The notes under the pieces are model-generated. The model saw only the letters and a program-made list of their open reading frames with translations. It did not search any database and was not told the origin of the DNA. A stretch of DNA of 64,000 nucleotides from Scyliorhinus canicula (Eukaryota): NCBI RefSeq assembly GCF_902713615.1, contig NC_052157.1:60662146-60726145 (forward strand), read 5' to 3'. This document shows positions 11,619 through 23,411 of the stretch, piece after piece. Each line of letters begins with the position of its first letter. Positions within the stretch are counted from its first letter, which is position 1. The position numbers and the translations under genes are program-made.

Positions 11619-12189
11619 CTAGAGACAGAATGAAGCCGTTAACAGAGTAGGACACACTAACAAAACTAACAGCAGAGACTTTCAGCAGCTAGTGTTTCAG
11701 AACCATCCCCAGAACAAACACATCCCTGGTTAATTCTAGTCCTGGAGTGATGTAGGAAGTTAGATACCAGTAATCACACACACACACACCAGGCGTCCCC
11801 ACAGCTCCTTACCCACACACACTGCCCCATGATATGTTGATACATCTTTACTAGTATAGGTAACTGGGCACTGAGCCTCTCTTAAACTGAACCCAACAGC
11901 ACGCAGAAAGGTCAGCAGGTTTCCTGATAGTTGATAGATAAGTTTTTAATTAGTAGCGGGATGAAGGATGTTACACGAGGGAGAAATTAGGAAATTGGAT
12001 CCAGAAATGAGACGCCTGTGTAGCAGGCAACGTAGGGGTCAAACAGACTGATTGAACAAAAAAATCTGCTGGCACAGAGTCTGAGGGATATGTCCACATC
12101 TGCCCAAGTTACATTGCCCCAGTCAGACTTTTTAAGAAAAATGTCATCATTGTTTTTCACATTTTATGTTACATATTTCAGTTTGAGCG

Positions 12190-12800
12190 TTAAATTCCAA
12201 GTGTCCTACCCGCGTGCAGTATTTTACAAAAACAATAAAGATGAAGTTATAATTACACAACAGAAATTTTTTAAAAAACCAAAGCACAAACAAATGAGGA
12301 TCACTTTACATTTGCCTGTTAGGTCTCCCTTTGGTGGCTGTGGGCCCCATTTGGCCGGTCTACCTCTGTTGCCTTGCCTGTTGTTGGTCCGAGCTTTGTG
12401 TTTCCCACGTGTTCCTGCTCCCTGTGATCCTCCGATTGCCCTCGGATCTGACCCCTGCGGTTGTGCCACTTGTGTGCGGCTTATCGCCAGCCGAGCAGGG
12501 TTGTTCAGCGGGTGATTAGAGAGGCAAAGACAAGGCATCTGCCCCCCTTCCCAGAAGGAACTAAAACACCCAGACTTCTGGCTGGTCTGATACCCAAAAG
12601 CTGCCACTTTTGGACTTGGCGCCACGCTCACCCCCACAACCTTGGACATTGCTTCAAAGAAGGCTGCCTAGAGCCTGACAAGTCTGGAACATGCCCAGAA
12701 CATGTGGGTGTGGTTGGCCCGGCCTCCTTGACACCATTCACATTTGTCCTCCACCTCTGGGAAGAACCAGCTCATCAGGGTTTTGGTTAAGTTTGTAAGT
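12190..12800 (-). mobile_element. L1-clade LINE 3' end
   Basis: FFPEVEDKCEWCQGGRANHTHMFWAC cysteine-rich C-terminus; A-rich tail. Confidence 0.8.
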
Positions 12801-12970
12801 ATCATCACATTCATGTACACGTGTGTGAACTTTGTGTGTGGGCGTGCACATGTGTGTACATGTGCACGCCCACACACAAAGTTCACACACACAGGTGTAG
12901 GCACACATGCACATGTGTATGTACACATGCACATGTGTATGTACACATGTGTAGGAACATGCGTGTGTAC
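12801..12970. repeat. Degenerate (TG/CA)n microsatellite, continuing at 14159-14205
   Basis: TGTGTACACATG-type repeats, interrupted by the LTR D insertion. Confidence 0.8.
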
Positions 12971-14158
12971 TGTTATGGGCCAGGATTTAGAGAACCACAA
13001 AGTGTATCATGGGGTTCACCTGACCCATAACTTTGAATAGATTGTGGTTATGGGGAGCACTTTGCAGCTGTGGTGCTTCAGAGAGCTAAAGTACTTTGAA
13101 AGTAAAACAATGTTTATTTATGAAATGAGTTAACACTTTATAAACCCACACAGTAAACATCTTAGCAACTATCAACAACACAGTATTCTTTAAGTAATCC
13201 TTAATCTTTCCTTGCAACATCCATAAGACAAAAGATCCTTTTTAACACAGATCAGGGGCGGGATACTTTCAGCCCGGGCTGGAGAATCGCCGGGACGGGC
13301 CCGAATCGGGAGAATCGGCGCATTTGGCGGTCGCTCTTCGCGCCCCCCCCCCCCACCCCCCCGGCGATTCTACCCCGGGATGGGCCGAGCGGCCGCGCCA
13401 AATAAAACGAGTCCCGCTGGTACCATTCACACCTGATCTTACTCGGCGGGACGTCGGCGTGGATGCATCCGGGGGCGGCCTGGTTGCGGGGGGGGGGGGG
13501 GGGCCTCCGCTGTGGCCTGGCCCACAATCAGGGCCTACTGATCGGCGGGCCGGCCTCGCGGGCTAGGGGCCTCTTTTGTCCCGTGCCAGCCCCTGTAGCC
13601 CTACGCCATGTTGCGTCGGGTCCGGCAAGGAGAAGGGAGTCACTGCGCATGCGCGCATTTAGTGGCGGTCCCACTGCGCATGCGCAGACCCGCGGCGCCC
13701 ATCTGACGCCGGGATCTGCAGTTGGAGTGGCGTGGGTAGCTCCAGTGCCATGCTGGCCCCCTGTAGGGGTTAGAGTCGCTGCTCCTGAGGCTATGGTGAC
13801 GCCGTCGAGAAACGCAACGGCATTTACGACGGCGTCAACACTTAGTCTCAGGATCAGAGAATCCCACCCCAGGTTTAAATTCACTACTGAGAACAGTTAT
13901 CACTTTGAAATCAGCCAAATGATCTGGAGACAGTCTTCAGATTGCAGAGAGATCCTTATACATCTGCTTGCTTTTCCTGCAGCTAGCCAGCTCTCAAAAC
14001 TAAACTAAATCACACCCTGTAGCAGACAGCCCAAAGCGAAAGTAAAAACAGAGACAGCCCAGCTCCGCACACTCTCTGACATCACTGCAGCCATCTTAAA
14101 GGTACATCCACTAGTTATCTGATAAACACCCATTTCTTAAAGGTACTCTCACATGACA
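12971..14158. mobile_element. Solo LTR, family D, containing a MITE
   Basis: TGTTATGGG...CATGACA with perfect GTAC TSD. Confidence 0.88.
13256..13869. mobile_element. GC-rich MITE (PIF/Harbinger-like) with CAG TSD
   Basis: TIRs GGGCGGGAT.../...ATCCCACCC; CAG on both sides; the empty site in the 9438 LTR copy has one CAG. Confidence 0.8.
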
Positions 14159-14553
14159 GTACACACACGTGTATCCACACACCCGTGTACATATATGCGT
14201 GTATGTGTAGGTGGGCGAAGACTCTGAAACTTTTCACTGGGCCGTTAGGTCCCCTGACTTTTCAGTTGGCTATTCTGATGGGGGGCTTTAGTTCCCTTCC
14301 CACCCGCGGGATCAACCATACTTACCTTGTGGATGCAATCCTGCACTCCGGGGTTTCACTTTGTTCGGGGGCCACCCAAAATGGCCACGGTTAATGCACT
14401 CACTATGAAGCCGGGCTGCAGGATCAACCATACTTTTTATAAAATTTATAAAATTTAGAGTACCCAATTCTTTTTTCCAATTAACGGGCAATTTTGCGTG
14501 GCCAACTCACCAACACTGGGCTGTGGGGATGAGACCCACACGGACACGGAGAG

Positions 14554-14747
14554 AATGAATGAAAAAATGAAATGAAAATCGCTTATTGTCACGAGTAGGC
14601 TTCAATGAAGTTACTGTGAAAATCCCCTAGTCGCCACATTCCGGCGCCTGTTTGGGGAGGCTGGTACGGGAATTAAACCCTGCTGCTGGCCTGCCTTGGT
14701 CTGCTTTAAAAGCCAGCGATTTAGCCCAGTGTGCTAAACCAGCCCCT
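14554..14747 (-). mobile_element. Short tRNA-headed SINE (GGGGCTGGTTTAGC family)
   Basis: A and B boxes on the minus strand, (TTTCA)n tail; further copies at 20480-20850 and 59645-59819. Confidence 0.85.
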
Positions 14748-14756
14748 AGGAGAGGA

Positions 14757-14830
14757 TGGCCCATACAGGGATCGACCCCGTGACCTTGGCGTTCTTAGCA
14801 CCACGCTCTAACCAACTGAGCTAACCGGCC
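14757..14830 (-). pseudogene. tRNA-Ile(AAT)-derived gene with anticodon AAG; probable pseudogene
   Basis: GGCCGGTTAGCTCAGTTGGTTAGAGCGTGGTGCTAAGAACGCCAAGGTCACGGGGTCGATCCCTGTATGGGCCA; Ile body, loop CT-AAG-AA, T-loop TTC changed to GTC, no oligo-T terminator. Confidence 0.85.
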
Positions 14831-15309
14831 GGTATGTGGGGATCAACCATACTTATCGGGGTTTCCGTTTGTTAGGAGGCCATCCAAGATGGCTGCAGTC
14901 ACTATACTCCCCATGAGGCCAGGCCCTGCGCGAGCATTTCCCTTTGTCCATCTATTGTATGTCATTAAGGTGAGCCCCTGCATCCCGGGTTTCCCTTTGT
15001 TTGGGGACCCACCATAGTGGCTGTCTGCAGTGCCATTTTGTATCTTGTTGCTATGTGTGGCCTGTTGTAGCCAGCCTAAAGTCCCCCCCCCCCGCCTCTC
15101 TTGTTCCTTGGAAGAGGTTCTGCCTCTTCCACCGTTTTCCCTACTAACTTTGAGGAAGTGAAGTTCTTTGAGGAAGTGACAAGAAGGGTTGATGAAGGAG
15201 TGCAGTAATGTAGTGTACATGGATTTTAGCAAGGCCTTTGACAAAGTCCCACATGGCAGTCCCCCATTGGTCAAGAAAGTGAAAGCCCATGGGCTACAGG
15301 GCAACGTGG

Positions 15310-16052
15310 TGTTGATCTTTTACCTGAACCACAAGACGTGAGTACATTTCTTGTATTGGACAAATGATCACACAAGCAGTATGTTAGTTCAATTATTGTT
15401 TATTATTAAACACAGGCTTGGTGTTATGCGTAATAATCTACAGGTGGCTACTTATTAAACTACACCTAACAACGAAAATGACCTTTACTTAACTTCCAAG
15501 TGACCGGCTCTGTGCAGGTTAGACAAGGCCTTTATCTGCATCCTCACGCGTGTTGGCTGGAAGTCTTCAGGTTCGTCTCGGCTGCGGCTCGTCCTTCAGG
15601 CAGCGATCGCGAGTCCTTGAACTTGGCTGGTCGAGGGCTGCAGTTGGTAGGGGCAGAGGCCGATCCCAAAAGAGGCCGAACGCTGGTTGCGCAGTTCTTC
15701 TTATCCCCCGATCTTTTGCCGGTCCCAAGTCGGGATCCAATATATCGATAGGGTTTTGATCACCCTAATCGATTCTGGCCAATTAGGCGTGGGTACCTCG
15801 ATGGCTTGAGCGGGTCCTAGCTGCTATTGTCCAAGGCACGTATGCACTCCGAGAGGTGCCTCCAAGTCTGCTACTGTTGCTATGTTTCGATCTGTGTCTC
15901 ATTATCCTGGGGAAATCGGTGATTGACCTTTAGCAGGTGTGAGTTTCAATTAGGTCTGGTTTCCCTTTGCACAATACAACGTGTACTGTCTGTGTCCCAA
16001 CCTGACCATAATTCCCTTTATCCTTTGCGGGTAGCCATTTTAGATGGCCACA
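15310..16052 (-). mobile_element. Solo LTR related to family B
   Basis: TG...CA ends; TSD GTGG/GTAG; interrupts the CR1 RT frame. Confidence 0.8.
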
Positions 16053-16312
16053 GTAGCAAACTGGATAAAACGTGGCTAAGTAACAGGAAACAAAGGGTGA
16101 TGGTCGACGGCTGCGCTTGCAATTGGAAAGTTATTTCAAGCGGAGTTCCACAGGACTCGGTGTTGGGACCCTCGGTGTTTGTGTTATATATTAACAATTT
16201 GGGCGTGAATGTGGGAAGCGTTAATTTGGAAATTTTCAGATGACACTAAGACTGGCCTAGTGGTAGACAGTGTAGAGGATAGCTATAACCTTCAAAACGA
16301 TGTAGATGACTG

Positions 16313-16510
16313 GGTGGCTCGGTGGCACAGTGGTTAACACTGCCGCCTCACGGTGCTGAGGATGCGGGTTCGATCCCAGCCCTGGGTCACTGTCCATGTG
16401 GAGTTTGCACATTCTCCCCATGTCTGCGTGGGTCTCACCCCCACAACCCAAAGATGTGCAGGGTAGGTGAATTGGGCACGCTAAATTTCCCCTTAATTGA
16501 AAAAAAAAAA
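16313..16510 (+). mobile_element. tRNA-derived SINE
   Basis: GGTGGCACAGTGGTT A-box, GGTTCGATCC B-box, A tail. Confidence 0.85.
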
Positions 16511-17366
16511 TGTTTTTAAACGATGTAGATGGATTGGTGAAGTGGGCGATAAAGTGGCAAATGGGATTTAACACAGAGAAGTGTGAGGTCATGCTTTTAT
16601 GAGGGGGGGGGGTCGAACAGTTGTAGGGAGTACACAATAAATGGGAATATACTAAGAGGGTTAGATGAAATGAGAGATCTTGGCGAACACTTACACAGGT
16701 CCCTAAAGACAGCAGTTCAAGTAAACAAGGTTGTTAAGAAAGCGTAAGGAATGTTCTCCTTCATTGGCAGAGGTATAGAATATAAAAGTAAGGATATAAT
16801 GCGAGTATTGTGCGAAACACTGGTGAAGCCACAACTGGAAGATTGTGTGCGGTTCTAATCACCACATTACAGGAAGGATGTTATTGCTCTGGAGTGATTG
16901 CAGAGGAGGTTTCCAAGAATGTTGCCAGGACTGGAAATGTGTGGCCATGAGGAGAGATTGAACAGGTTGGAGTTATTTTCCTTCGAACAAAGAAGAGTGA
17001 CTTAATTGAGGTGTACAAAATTACGAGAGGAAGAGATAGAGTGGACAGGATAAAATTGTTTCCCTGTGGAGAATTCTAGAACCAGGCGACATAGATTCAA
17101 GATAATTGGCAGCAGGTGTGGAGAGGTCATGAGGAAACATTTTTATCCAGAGGGTAGTGGGAGTCTAGAATTTGCTGCCTCCGGGCAGAGATCCTAAACT
17201 CTTTTAAAAAAGTACCTGGATCTGCACCTTAAGTGCTCTCAGCTACAGGGCTATGGACTGGTGCAGGAAGGTGGTATTAGAAAGGGCACCTGGGTGTCCT
17301 AGGGCTGAATTGGACAAGATGGGCCAAATGGCCTCTTTCTGTGCTGTAACAGTTCTGTGATTCTAA

Positions 17367-18055
17367 GGGCGCGATTCTCCGCACCCCACGACGGGGGGGG
17401 GGGAGAAGTGCGGGAGGGCCGGGCGAATCAGCCCCCGCGATTCTCCCAACCCCCCCCCCCAAAATGGCGTGTCATTTTTCGATAGGCCGCTCGGAGAATC
17501 GCCGGTCGCCGTTTCTCACGGCGATTCTCCGGCCCAAATGGGCCGAGCGGCCTGCCAAACCCAACCACACTTGTCGTTGCCGACGTAAACAGTGCATGAC
17601 CTCTGTGTGGGGCCTGTGGAGGGCAGAGGGTGGATCGAGCACTACGGGCGTGCTCAGGAGATGTTTGGCCCGCGATCGGTGCCCACCGATCGTCGGGCCG
17701 GCGTCTCTAAAAGACGCACACTTTTCCCTCCGCCGCCCCGCAAGATCAAGCCGCCATGTCTTGCGGGGCAGCGGAGGGGAAGACGACAACCGCGCATGCG
17801 CGGGTTGGCGCCGGCCAACCTGCGCATGCACGGCTGACGTCACTTAGGCGCCGCTGGCCGCATCATTCCCGGCGATTCTCCGAGCGGCCTGTCGAAAAAC
17901 AACACGCCATTTTGGAGGGGGGGTGGGAGAATCACGGGGGGTGCCAGGACGGCATGGCGTGATTCGCCCGACCCTCCCGCGATTCTCCCCCCTGGCGTGG
18001 GATGCGGTTTCACACCGGCATCGGCTGCTTGTCTCCCGATGGGAACATTCCGACC
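17367..18055. mobile_element. GC-rich MITE with TAA TSD
   Basis: TAA|GGGCGCGATTCTCC ... CCGACC|TAA; strong internal palindromy. Confidence 0.75.
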
Positions 18056-18059
18056 TAAC

Positions 18060-19160
18060 TGTCCCCCCCAATCGGTGGTGTATACCGCCCTCCCCGCCGT
18101 CGCCAGATGCTCTCTCTCTGCCGGGTTATGTTCCCCCCCCTCCCCCTCACTCGTACCTCCTGCCATTAGCTTTCAGGCTAATGTGGTGGCCACTCCCCCC
18201 CCCCAGGGTCGATCTAAGTTTACCCTTCGTTCGCTACATATCTTCTCCACCCCTCCCTCACCTGTTTTGGTTCCCAGGTTCAGAGCGAGGGGGCGCAGTG
18301 CCGTTCAAATTGTCTCTTGGTGCTTTAGTCTTCCGGGTGAACGCCTCACCATTGCATCTGTGGCTGTCTTCCACCCCATTCTCTTGGACAAATTTATCCG
18401 TGTCTGCAGGGGCTGTAAAGTAATGCTCTCTGTCCTGGAAAGTGACCCATAGTTTGGCCAGGTACTGCATCCCAAAATTCACCTCACTTTTGAACAGGGC
18501 CACCATTGCTCTATCTTTGTGATTATAGTCCTTGGCTGCTCGTCGGCACTGGGTTTCAGCCAGTTTGAGCGGTCGGCTCCATCTATCTCTGGAAGGTTAG
18601 GGAAAGTGTCTCTTCCCACCAGATTAGCCAGCATCTGGACCTTTGACAGGCCCACTATTTTCAGAGCTTGCCGCCCTGACCGGTTCTCTTGGTCCTCTAT
18701 CTTCCCCTTTAGACTTCCCTGTGTCTCCACCAACCTCATTATCTCTATCTCTCGGGCGACACACCGGTTACTCTGGTCTGTTAAGGCCCTTTCCAGTTCA
18801 ATGATTGTGTTCCCCAGGGCCTCCAGTTGCCTCTCTGGCTTTCCAGGTCCACATGAATGGTGGCCAGGGCCACCACGACCTCCACCTTGATGACAGCTTT
18901 TATATCAGCCTTGTCTTCCTTGAGCTCTCTTAGCTCCATGGCGAGGAACTTCTTCCATCCACTCTCAAGCAAGGAGGAGCTCCATGTGCAGCTTGTTGGT
19001 CCCTCTTGTTCTGGTATGGCTGACTTTTCTTCGCCTCATGGGTCCGCCATCTCGTTCACTCGCTTCTCCTGACTTCTGCGTTTTGTGCCTCTTTTCAGCC
19101 CCGGAGCGGCTGAATACACAGGATGCCCCAGATTCATTGTTCTTCAGGGCACTCCTTTCT
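18060..19160 (-). mobile_element. L1-clade LINE 5' part and ORF1 fragments
   Basis: KIEDQENRSGRQALKIVGL; PEIDGADR; frameshifted. Confidence 0.8.
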
Positions 19161-19189
19161 GACTTGCTTTTAGCCAATTACTGAGTCCG

Positions 19190-19797
19190 ATGGCCTCTTT
19201 GCCCATCAATGGGAGGTTAGTTCCATATCAATAGCATGGCTCTATTCTTTTGTATAAAGGGGAGCGTGCAAAAAAACCAAGATAATGTTGGCGGGTTCAA
19301 GTCTGGAAACCCCAGCAGAGAACCTTTATTTGAGCCGCTAGGCAGGGCTCAAAAAGAGAGAATACTGATTTGAACAGATACAGGGCAGAAGGCTTTGGAA
19401 ATCAACTGGAGAGATCATGAAAGTTGTCACTGAGGCATACTTTGGAAAAAGGTTCTGAACGAATGTCCCTAACAGAAGAAAGATTGCTTCGTAAAATGCA
19501 AGTATTGCCTTTACCTCTCTGTGTAAGTGGAACGAGCGCTGCAAGTCTAATTAAAGTGCTGTTTAATGGGAACTAGTGTGTTAAAGTTGAGAAACTACAT
19601 GCAATCGGTTATTGTTTAAAAGTTTAACTACTGTTTTCTTTTCTTTGAATAAAGTTACCTTATAAAATAACAAAGCTCTATTTCTCATATTATCACACCT
19701 GGAATGAATCGATCTTTCCGCACCATCTTAAACCTTAAAAAGTTACGGCTCTGGTTCAGTCTCTCAGCCACTGTTGAGAGCTGAAGAGGCGTCCTAG
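19190..19797 (+). mobile_element. Possible solo LTR (boundaries uncertain)
   Basis: AATAAA at about 19649 followed by U5-like sequence; no TSD identified. Confidence 0.35.
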
Positions 19798-20005
19798 ATG
19801 GTGGAGATGAGACAGAGATGAGATCAGTCATGAACGTATTGAATGGCGGAACAGGCTCGAGGGGCTCCTGCTCCTAGTTCTTATGAACTCGCATTCTCTG
19901 GATTATTAGTCCAGGTCTCTGGATTACTTGTTTAGTAACATAACTACTGCATTACCGAACCCAGAAAATAAGAGATTAAATACAGAATATCTGAAACAGA
20001 AAACC

Positions 20006-20475
20006 AAGAGTAGGAATTAACGGGTCTTTTTCAATTTGGCAAGCAGTGACTGGTGGGGTACTGCAGGGATTGGAGTTCGGACCCCAGATATTCACAGTAT
20101 AAAGATTTAGATAAGGGAACAAAATGTAATATCTCCAAATTTGCACATGACACCACATTGTGTGGGAGGGTGAGCTGTAAGGAGGATGCAGAGATCCGTC
20201 AGTGTGATTTGGACAAGTTGAGTGAGTGGGCAAATGAACAGCATACAGTATAATTTGGAGAAATGCGAGGCTATCCACTTTGGTAGCAAAATAAATTGGA
20301 CAGACTATTAATCTGAATGGCCATAAATTAGGAGAGGTGAATGTGCAACGAAACCTGGGTGTCCTTGTACACCAGTCGCTGAAGGTAAGCATGCAGGCAC
20401 AGCAGGTAGTAAAGAAGGCACATGGTTCACTGGCCTTCATAGTGAGAGGATGAGTACAGGAGCAGTGGCAAGCTT
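20006..20475 (+). mobile_element. CR1 RT fragment
   Basis: ISKFAHDT, QCDLDKLSEWA motifs. Confidence 0.8.
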
Positions 20476-20479
20476 AAAG

Positions 20480-20889
20480 AAAAATGAAATGAAATGAAAT
20501 GAAATTTGCTTATTGTCACGAGTAGGCTTCAATGAAGTTACTGTGAAAAGCCCCTAGTCGCCACATCCCGGCGCCTGTTCGGGGAGACTGGTACGGGAAT
20601 CGAACCGTGCTGCTGGCCTGCTTGGTCTGCTTTAAAAGCCAGCGATTTAGCCGAGTGAGCTAAACCAGCCCCTGAATGAAAATCGCTTATCGTCACGAGT
20701 AGGCTTCAATGAAGTTACTGTGAAAAGCCCCTAGTCGCCACATTCCGGTGTCTGTCCGGGGAGGCTGGTACAGGAATCGAACCGTGCTGCTGGCCTGCTT
20801 GGTCTGCTTTAAAAGCCAGCGATTTAGCCGAGTGAGCTAAACCAGCCCCCGAGTGAGCTAAACCAGCCCCCGAGTGAGCTAAACCAACC
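20480..20889 (-). mobile_element. Head-to-tail SINE dimer plus 21-bp head repeats
   Basis: Copies 20480-20673 and 20674-20850; GAGTGAGCTAAACCAGCCCCC repeated. Confidence 0.85.
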
Positions 20890-21430
20890 ATGTACTATTT
20901 ATAATGACAGGTTTCCTGTGCAACAAGAACAATTCTGGTCATCAAGTATTTTAAATGAAAATATATCAGTGCCGCACTTTGAAACAAGTAAATTGCAAAA
21001 CGTATGTAAAATTCACTTTTTCCACAGGATTGTGCGGAATGCCGGTTTATATCCGGCTCAATATTTCTCTCCACTGACTTCAACCAGTTATAGACCCAAT
21101 CTCGTTAGTTTCCCAACAGGAGGGTTTGGTTAAAATTGTACTGAGACATTTCACACAGAATTCCAGAAACACTAACACCAGTGGGAATCAGGAACCTTCA
21201 GAGTTCTCTATCTGAGGGACAGGAAGGTGAGATTCAGAACCAGAAATAACAATTCCAGGTAGTTTAAGGACCAGTTACAGGTAAGTGACCCACACCCCTC
21301 ACTCTCACACAATCATTCTTTGGTAAAATATCACACAGCATATCAAACCTTCCAATATTACTACCTGTCAATCCAGCATGATCAAATGTAAGAGCTGAAA
21401 ACACATTGAGTAGTTTAGAAACAGATTTAC

Positions 21431-21469
21431 CTGATACTGGTGTGTTTGGTCCGGGTGTCCGAGTTCGCT
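21431..21469 (-). CDS. 39-nt stalk exon, copy 1 (ERTRTPGPNTPVS)
   Basis: TTCTTTAG acceptor, GTAAAT donor, symmetric phase 1-1. Confidence 0.75.
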
Positions 21470-21753
21470 CTAAAGAAAACATCATGTATTTAGTATTGTG
21501 TGTTAAACAAACTGCAGAAATGTTCAAAGACTCTGTCGGGCTTTAGGGAAACACATCCAGGGAGGAACGAGACTCGGCTCAAACTGATCATATCGGAACA
21601 GGAACAGGGTCAGCAGAGTGGAAAATCCAACAGGATTGGATTAACTGTGAGGGGTAGAATGTAATTTTCCAGAGATACCGAGAAGGATCATTCCCAGCAG
21701 CCTACATCCCCCTATGGAGAGAATTCCCACAGGATCCTGGGCCTACTGGGATA

Positions 21754-22707
21754 TGTTGGTCGTTCTGGGTGAGTGTGCTTAACACTCAATCTGGCTGTTT
21801 CTTTACCTAGCTCTGGAGTCGCCAGGTATCGTTAAGACACCGCCACAAGTTCAAGGTGAAGTTCAAAGCAATAAAACCATACACCAATTAGTAAGTCCAA
21901 ACAACTGAGTTTATTATAATACAATTATAATAACTACCCATGCACACGCTAAAAGGATTAAACTTATTCCTACCACTAAATAAACGAATACTTATCTTGA
22001 AGGAACTGCCGGGTCAGGGAACAAGGCCTCTTGCTCTGCTCTGGTCTGCAGACTTCAGGTTGGTATAAGTTAAAAGGGGTCAGGAGTGTCTATCTCTGGT
22101 AGTGATCGTTGTGAGACACTTACTTGCTGGCGGCTGCTGTCCGAACCCTCTCCTCTCTCGCGTTCAAGGTCTTCTTGGCAAAAGCTGGTCGAGGTGCTGG
22201 TCCACGGAGGAGTGCTGGTCAAGGAGAGAGGAGGGCTGGACGAGAAGGCTGAACCATGTGTGGGACCTGTCTTTTATAGGTCCCAGGGATCCACGCCCCT
22301 TTGGGCTGACTCCCTTACCTGCTTGGAATCGATTGGGTCTCTTCCCAATCGATATGTTTGAATCCCCCCAATACTGAGGCTGTTCCTTAGCTACTGGGCG
22401 GGCCTTCAGGCTCTTTGTTTTCGAACCTTGCTGGTGCCTGAGTGTCTGGTATCCTTTACAATGTTGCAGTTACTTCCCCAATTGTGTCCATTGTCTCTGG
22501 AATCGTTCCATTAACATGCTAATTATCCCGGTGATTGCCTCATTAGTATTCGGAACGTTCGTTTCGGTGCTGTCTGCTTTCTTAGCAGACAGAATCCACA
22601 CCTGCTAGGTGCAGCCTACTGGGGCTGCAAACATTGTCCATTTTATCCTGTATGCTTTGCGTTCCTCCATTTTGTATTTAGGGAAATGGCCAACTTCGGT
22701 GGCTACA
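21754..22707 (-). mobile_element. Solo LTR, family B
   Basis: Perfect GATA TSD; the empty site in duplicate copy 2 (CTGGGATACAC) has one GATA. Confidence 0.95.
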
Positions 22708-23372
22708 GATACACGTCCAAGGTAAATGCACTGGGTCTTGTGAAGGCTGCCCGAGAGGTGCTCTGAGCCCCACCTCCTGCACCCAACACCGGGAGACAGA
22801 TGGAACATTTCTGTGGCAATTTTAAAGTTCAGGCATGTACTATTTATGACAAGTTTCCTGTGCAACAAGAACAATTCTGGTCATCAAGTATTTTAAATGA
22901 AAATATATCAGTGCCGCACTTCGAAACAAGTAAATTGCAAAACATATATAAAATTCACTTTTCCCACAGGATTGTGCGGAATGCCGGTTTATATCCGGGT
23001 CAATGTTTCTCTCCACAGACATCAACCACTTATAGACCCAATCCCGTGAGTTTCCCAACAGGAGGGTTTGGTTAAAATTGTACTGAGACTTTTCACACAG
23101 AATTCCAGAAACACTAATGCCAGTGGGAATCAGGAACCTTCAGAGCGCTGTATCCGAGGGACAGGAAGGTGAGATTCAGAACCAGAAATAACTATTCCAG
23201 GTAGTTTAAGGACCAGTTACAGGTAAGTGACCCATACCCCTCACTCTCACACAATCATTCTTTGGTAAAATATCACACAGCATATCAAACCTTCCAATAT
23301 TACTACCTGTCAATCCAGCATGATCAAATGTAAGAGCTGAAAACACATTGAGTAGTTTAGAAACAGATTTAC

Positions 23373-23411
23373 CTGGTACAGGTGTGTTTGGTCCGGGTGT
23401 CCGAGTTCGCT
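23373..23411 (-). CDS. 39-nt stalk exon, copy 2 (ERTRTPGPNTPVP)
   Basis: TTCTTCAG acceptor, GTAAAT donor, phase 1-1. Confidence 0.78.

Larger units (their letters stand above)
15140..17352 (+). mobile_element. CR1 LINE RT and 3' end fragment, split by an LTR and a SINE
   Basis: YMDFSKAFDKVPHG, SGVPQDSVLGP, CR1 3' tail. Confidence 0.85.

Noticed and set aside
12668-13040. His/Cys/Val-rich ORFs
   Set aside because: Translation of the (TG/CA)n microsatellite.
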